Position numbers and translations under genes: made by a program. 64,000 nt of DNA from the NCBI GenBank assembly GCA_034530875.2, contig JAVRCJ020000025.1, forward strand, positions 32,001 to 96,000. Direction: 5' to 3'. Below, one piece after another: positions 58,867-64,000 of this stretch (within the stretch, counting starts at the first letter, position 1; each line of letters starts with the position of its first letter). This DNA is from Nostoc sp. DedSLP01 (GTDB lineage: Bacteria; Cyanobacteriota; Cyanobacteriia; Cyanobacteriales; Nostocaceae). The notes below the pieces were generated by a model. That model was given only the letters and a program-made list of their open reading frames with translations. It was not told the origin of the DNA and ran no database searches.

Positions 58867-60216
58867 TTATTGCGGAAGTTGATACACTAATAAATTATCA
58901 AATGACACATTACTTCCAGAACTACTAAACCCTACACGTCCTGATATCGGCATATTAGTTGTTGCTTGTCCGATTAACTTACTATTCTTCCACACATCAA
59001 TCCTAGACCCTACTTGTTTGAGTTCAAGACGATCCCATTTGCTAGCCTGTATTGGTGAAGTAAATATTGCAAGCGTTGTTAAAGCTCCATTTTTCACAGT
59101 AAATATTCCATTAGAGCCTCTACGATTAACTAAACTAAAATTTATATAAGAAAAATTCTTTAAATCTTTATTATTAAAGACTATTGAATAATCTCCTGCA
59201 CTACTAGGAGAGTTAACTTGAGCATCTACTTTTAAATTGAAATTAGTAGGAATAGTTTTTTGATTAAGAGTGAGGTTAGTAGTCACCGATCCGTTTGATT
59301 GTACGGGCGATACAAGATCGTAACGTCCTAAACGGCGAAGCCATGCCCCTCCTGTTATGACCTTAAACCGATCTATTGTGGAAGTAAATGGATCTGTGAT
59401 GTAGAGAGTACCGACGGTACTAATCTTCGCGTAACTTGAGTCTTTAAAACCAACTCGAACATCATCAATATAAAGTACTCGAGTATTTAACTTTGAAGCT
59501 TGAGGTTTGATTTTCCAATCGTATTTATAAATTCCAAATTTTAAATAAGGATAGAGATCGTCATGATAGCGATTAGGGCCTACTTGATTAACCTTCTTAA
59601 CACCATCCCGCCATAATTCAATTAATCCGCTACCGTCAAGTGCCCATCGAATATGAACAACAATATTTGTCCAACGATTAAGCTCGATATCTCCTAAATC
59701 GTACCTTAATTGACCATCAAATTTGTTCAAATCACCAATTTTTTTCAGCTGCCATCGATTTGTAAGATAAATTCTGTTATTTGAAACCCATAAATTAAGC
59801 GATGGCATTTGCCAAGGCTCCCCTTTATCGGGAAGATCGTGCCACTGGGCGATCAGTTCGCGAGACTCCTCAGGTGTGTAGTCTTGTGGAAACAGATAAT
59901 TAAGGTTAAACCACATCTCTTGCTGCAAAGGAAAAGCTGTTTTTGCTTCCACTCTTCTACTTGTTGCTACATCAGGATCGGTTCTTCTAAGCTCAAATCG
60001 CGCTCCGTAACTTCCACGCCGAGTAATTATAGGTACTGTAGAGAATGAATGAGAACAACAAGATTCAAGCTTTAGGCTACTACCTAAACCGTTTTCAAAA
60101 TCACCATTAAAGGACGGTGGTAGTTGGGCAACTGCTAAATCTTGAGCAGTTAAAAAAGAGAGTGCGATCGCAAATGTACGCAAGTAGTTAAGAGAGGTTA
60201 AGCGTAAAGTATTCAT
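58867..60216 (-). CDS. Secreted polysaccharide-lyase-like protein with a C-terminal beta-sandwich domain
   Basis: Signal peptide; RRVE, IAQWH and YLKFGIY jelly-roll lyase motifs; terminal GRVGF...FDNL. Confidence 0.75.
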   Translation of the reverse strand: MNTLRLTSLNYLRTFAIALSFLTAQDLAVAQLPPSFNGDFENGLGSSLKLESCCSHSFSTVPIITRRGSYGARFELRRTDPDVATSRRVEAKTAFPLQQEMWFNLNYLFPQDYTPEESRELIAQWHDLPDKGEPWQMPSLNLWVSNNRIYLTNRWQLKKIGDLNKFDGQLRYDLGDIELNRWTNIVVHIRWALDGSGLIELWRDGVKKVNQVGPNRYHDDLYPYLKFGIYKYDWKIKPQASKLNTRVLYIDDVRVGFKDSSYAKISTVGTLYITDPFTSTIDRFKVITGGAWLRRLGRYDLVSPVQSNGSVTTNLTLNQKTIPTNFNLKVDAQVNSPSSAGDYSIVFNNKDLKNFSYINFSLVNRRGSNGIFTVKNGALTTLAIFTSPIQASKWDRLELKQVGSRIDVWKNSKLIGQATTNMPISGRVGFSSSGSNVSFDNLLVYQLPQ

Positions 60217-60544
60217 ATACTACCTTTTGTTGTACGGTTTGAATTTTAGTGATATTACCACGGTATCTGTGCTAATTTAAGCTGACTTTTTACGGATATC
60301 AGGTAGATGCAATCGCATTGCAGAGCGATGTATTGGAAATTTTGAGCTTGCGAACTGGGAACACACAAATGAGAACTTGGAATGTTGCATAAGAGTCTAT
60401 AACTTTTGCGTACACATTATCTGCTTGTAAGAAAAGCCAAAATAGATATATTTTGTACACACATGGATACTAGTTTCCCAAAGTTTGATAGAAGTAGTGT
60501 TATCCATGATTGTCATAATTAAAACAACTGACTCTCAATCATCA

Positions 60545-62107
60545 ATGGTGAACTCTACCCTTGTTCTCACACTCTATGTCAACCCGATAACAGGGAATGA
60601 TAGCAATATCGGTTCCCGGTTAAGCCCGTTTAAAAGCCTGACTCGTGCTTTAAAAGTAACTAAAATCTCCACAATCATTCATTTAGCATCTGGGACTTAC
60701 AGCGCCGCTACTGGCGAAGTATTTCCGCTAATTATTCATGAAGGAGTGAAGGTAGTAGGAAATGAAGCTAACAAAGGTGCGGAGATTGTAATTTTCGGTA
60801 GTGGCCAGTATCACAGTCCCAGCTTTAGGGTACAAAATATCGCGCTACTGTTGTTAGAAAATGCCTGTCTTGTAGGTGTAACTGTCACTAATTATTCAAC
60901 AAAAGGTACTGGTGTTTGGATTGAATCGGCTGAACCTACTTTAGCCAACAATACTTTAAGTAAGTGTGGGCGAGAAGGTGTGTTTACCAGTGGTGCTGCT
61001 AAACCAACAATTTTAGATAATGTTTTTATACATAATGCTGCCAGTGGGTTAGTGATGGCAGGTCATAGCCAAGGCGAAGTATTGGGGAATGTATTTCAAA
61101 GAAACCGCTTAGGAATAGCAATTAGTGACTTTGCAACTCCAACGATCGCCAACAATAAATTATCAGAAAATGGCACGGCGATCGCCCTTTCTCGCAACGC
61201 CCGTCCTGTGCTACGTCAAAATCTCATGACCAAAAATTCTCAAGGCGGTCTTTTGGTAAATGGCAATGCAGCCCCCGATTTAGGTAGCAGCGAAAATCCG
61301 GCTGAGAATATTTTTCGTGATAATGGTGGATTTGATTTACACAATCTGACTACACAAAAGCTTGTTTGTGCGGGTAATCAGTTAAATCCTGCTTTAGTTA
61401 AAGGCTTGGTGGAATTGCTGGAGGAGGAAAAGGACAAAGGGAATTTATTAGAAACCCTCTCTGTATCTTCTTCTGTCTCCGCATCCCTCCGTCCCCCAAT
61501 CTCTGCGTCTTCTTCTGTTTCTGCGTCTGTTGAAGTTGATAGCCATTGGGCAGAACCATTCATTCAGGCATTGGTGAGTATGGATTTAACTCACGATTTT
61601 GCCGATGGTAACTACCAACTAGATAAACCGATGACTCGCGCTGAATATGCGGCTTTGGTGGCGGTTGCTTTTAAGCCCACTGCTAAACGCCCGGCACCAG
61701 ATTTTGTAGACGTGCCTAAGGATTTTTGGGCGTATAATGCCATCCAAATGACCGCTAGGGGTGGCTTTGTCGGCGGATTTACCGATCGCACTTTTCGCCC
61801 CCATCAACATGTCAAACGGCTACAAGTGATTGTATCTTTAGTTAACGGGCTGGGGCTACCACAGGCTGATAACAATATTTTAGAAGTGTATAGCGATCGC
61901 CATAGCATTCCCGAATATGCCGAAAAAGCTGTTGCTACTGCAACGCATAAAAGAATAATCGTCAATTATCCAGACCCGAAACTGCTTGCACCTTTACGTC
62001 CGGCAACATACGCTGAAGTTGCAGCAATGGTTTATCAGGCGTTAGTCGCCATTGGGCAAACGCCTGCAATTAAATCAGCGAACAGTAAACAGCTATCAGC
62101 GATTTAG
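60545..62107 (+). CDS. DUF1565 / right-handed beta-helix protein with SLH domains
   Basis: LYVNPITGND..G.RLSPFKSL, beta-helix repeats, and HWA / MTRAEYA SLH motifs; start probably MVNST. Confidence 0.88.
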   Translation: MVNSTLVLTLYVNPITGNDSNIGSRLSPFKSLTRALKVTKISTIIHLASGTYSAATGEVFPLIIHEGVKVVGNEANKGAEIVIFGSGQYHSPSFRVQNIALLLLENACLVGVTVTNYSTKGTGVWIESAEPTLANNTLSKCGREGVFTSGAAKPTILDNVFIHNAASGLVMAGHSQGEVLGNVFQRNRLGIAISDFATPTIANNKLSENGTAIALSRNARPVLRQNLMTKNSQGGLLVNGNAAPDLGSSENPAENIFRDNGGFDLHNLTTQKLVCAGNQLNPALVKGLVELLEEEKDKGNLLETLSVSSSVSASLRPPISASSSVSASVEVDSHWAEPFIQALVSMDLTHDFADGNYQLDKPMTRAEYAALVAVAFKPTAKRPAPDFVDVPKDFWAYNAIQMTARGGFVGGFTDRTFRPHQHVKRLQVIVSLVNGLGLPQADNNILEVYSDRHSIPEYAEKAVATATHKRIIVNYPDPKLLAPLRPATYAEVAAMVYQALVAIGQTPAIKSANSKQLSAI

Positions 62108-62595
62108 TGAGGGATTTATACAGCTTGAAGTTTGGATACAATGCAAGGTAGGGGTATACAGCTGTGTACTCTTACTGCTGTATTCTAGGTAATTAAAAAC
62201 TGGCTTGAAAATGGTGTAAAGTGTGGGGAACCCTTTAATTAAAATCAGGGGTTTCAAGTAAGGACGTCGTATTTCTCGCACAAGCGTGCCTGGAAACGAT
62301 CTTTTTCTTTTTCCATACTTGAAAGCAGGGGCTTGTATCTATCTATTATTCAGAGAACCAATTCTTTTCTCTTACACCCCAAACCTGCGCCGAAGGGGTC
62401 TGTCAATCGCCGAACAATGGGCGGTGAAGACTACTGAGTAATAACAATAACTGTTAAATCACTCTATAGACTCTTGCATTTAAGCAGTTGACAAGTAGAA
62501 TGGGAAACACTGCCTATCGGCTTGAAACTCTGGAAAACACCATGTAGTTAAAAGCACGATAGGCTATATGCGATGGGTGAAAAATCTTAGACCTA

Positions 62596-63336
62596 TTGCC
62601 GAAAGCTAACAGCCTCATGTTAACAACACTTCCAGAAACCTCTGCTAATTTAGCGATCGCCTTATTAATTCACTATAGTTTCGATCTCAGTGGGTATACT
62701 GCCAATGAGCTAGTTGAACGTTGGCAAGCGCAATACCCACCGAATTGGCTACATCTGGCAGTGATTGAAGCACTATATCAAGGTCGTTATAAAGCGGTTT
62801 CCGTGCAACAAATCTTAGTATTTTGGCAACGTCGAGAACAGCCTACATATCATTTCAATATGGAATTTGAACGGATGATTTGTAGTAAGTTTCCTCAAAG
62901 CTTAACCACATCGGCTGCACCAATGCTACCGCCAATCAAGAAAAACCCGACTTTTGAGAAAGTAACAAAACCTCAATTACCATATCGCAAAGTTAGCAAT
63001 GGTTATCAAAAAAGTAATACTACAACTTTACAACTGAACGGTTACGAACAAAAGACATCTTTAGATGCAGTAAACAAGCAGGAAATTAGGGAAAATAAAA
63101 GCGCCCTCCAGTCTACCGCTACTAGCGAATCACCTGCTTTAGCAAAGCTTCAGTTACCGCCTGCTGTCAGTCAAAAGCAAACTTTACCAGAAAGTGCGCC
63201 ACCAGTCTTAGAAGAACAGCCAAAACTCCTACCACCTGCTATTCGTCCCCCAATAGAGCAATTTATCCCAGAAAAAAGCGATCGCTCCGAGTCTTTCACG
63301 TCTAAACTCAAAGCAATGTCTGGGGAACAGGGGTAG
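62596..63336 (+). CDS. Hypothetical protein (start probably ATG at 62617)
   Basis: HYSFDL, WLHLAVIEALYQGRYKAVSV and terminal FTSKLKA. Confidence 0.8.
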   Translation: MPKANSLMLTTLPETSANLAIALLIHYSFDLSGYTANELVERWQAQYPPNWLHLAVIEALYQGRYKAVSVQQILVFWQRREQPTYHFNMEFERMICSKFPQSLTTSAAPMLPPIKKNPTFEKVTKPQLPYRKVSNGYQKSNTTTLQLNGYEQKTSLDAVNKQEIRENKSALQSTATSESPALAKLQLPPAVSQKQTLPESAPPVLEEQPKLLPPAIRPPIEQFIPEKSDRSESFTSKLKAMSGEQG

Positions 63337-63472
63337 GGAGTGGGGAGATGGGGAGATGGGGACACAGGCACAAGGAGAAATAATTCTTAACTTTTAACTC
63401 CTCACTTAAGATTCAACAGTCAAAAATATTTCAGTGAAGCATACAAATTACTTCTGAATTCTGACTTCTGTT

Positions 63473-64000
63473 TTACGCTGTAATTAATTGCTGAAAGCGG
63501 GGATCGTTAGCGATATCATCAAAATCTAGGTCGCTTGCTGCTTCTTCTTTGTATCTGGGATTAATTTCAATTGCTTGTTTAAGAGTTTGCAGAGATAGTT
63601 CTATTTGTCTTTGGAGTGCGTAACAGGCTGCTTTGTTGTAATAAGCGCTGGCATAATTTGGCTTAATTTCTAATGCTTTGTTAAAACTAGCGATCGCTTC
63701 ATCATCGCGTCCCAGTCTCACCAAAGTATAGCCGTATTTATCCCAGATTTTCGGGGAATTCGGTTGTAATTCTAGAGCTTTTTCAAAACATATTATTGCC
63801 TCTTCATATTGTTCTAGTGCTATTAAGGAAAGACCGCGATTCAACCAAGCAACTGCATCATCAGGCTTGATTTGCGTAGCTTTCTCAAATGAATCAAAGG
63901 CTTGCTGATGCTGTTGTAAATAACCAAAAGCGACGCCGCGATCGCACCAAGCTTGATGATATTCTGGTTGAATTTGAATAGCTCGGTCGTAAGAGGCGAT
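63473..64000 (-). CDS. TPR-repeat protein, 5'-truncated by the window edge
   Basis: Frame is open from 64000 (IASYDRAIQIQPEYHQAW...); terminal YNKAACYA...DLDFD. Confidence 0.9.
   Translation of the reverse strand: MASYDRAIQIQPEYHQAWCDRGVAFGYLQQHQQAFDSFEKATQIKPDDAVAWLNRGLSLIALEQYEEAIICFEKALELQPNSPKIWDKYGYTLVRLGRDDEAIASFNKALEIKPNYASAYYNKAACYALQRQIELSLQTLKQAIEINPRYKEEAASDLDFDDIANDPRFQQLITA

Overview
A mostly core-genome window from a filamentous cyanobacterium, probably of the Nostocales. This rests on abundant HIP1 GCGATCGC octamers, intergenic heptamer (STRR-type) arrays, a thiO-thiG fusion, petF, psb34 and a cluster of three AvaK/YsnF-like genes. Housekeeping genes include pyrC, gnd, rplU-rpmA, comM/yifB, cimA, map, bvdR, srx-dps, lemA-htpX, nnr and mnmA. 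Short accessory inserts are interspersed: a tandem AbrB/PIN toxin-antitoxin locus with antitoxin relics, a GAF-pseudokinase plus receiver operon, an RTX protein, a double-glycine-leader protein, an Rpn/DUF4351 pseudogene, an Uma2 / RHH-like / membrane-protein cassette and a secreted polysaccharide lyase. I saw no rRNA, tRNA, CRISPR array, intact transposase or prophage. The two most notable signals are (i) an AcoR-type GAF sensor fused to a degenerate histidine-kinase module and coupled to an intact receiver, and (ii) a layered set of miniature non-autonomous elements: IS4-like MITEs in the centre of GTAGGG..CCCTAC palindromes, TA-flanked MITEs, insertions at HIP1 sites, and inverted heptamer arrays sitting in frame inside enzyme genes. 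Family assignments come from motif recognition by eye; no database search was run.
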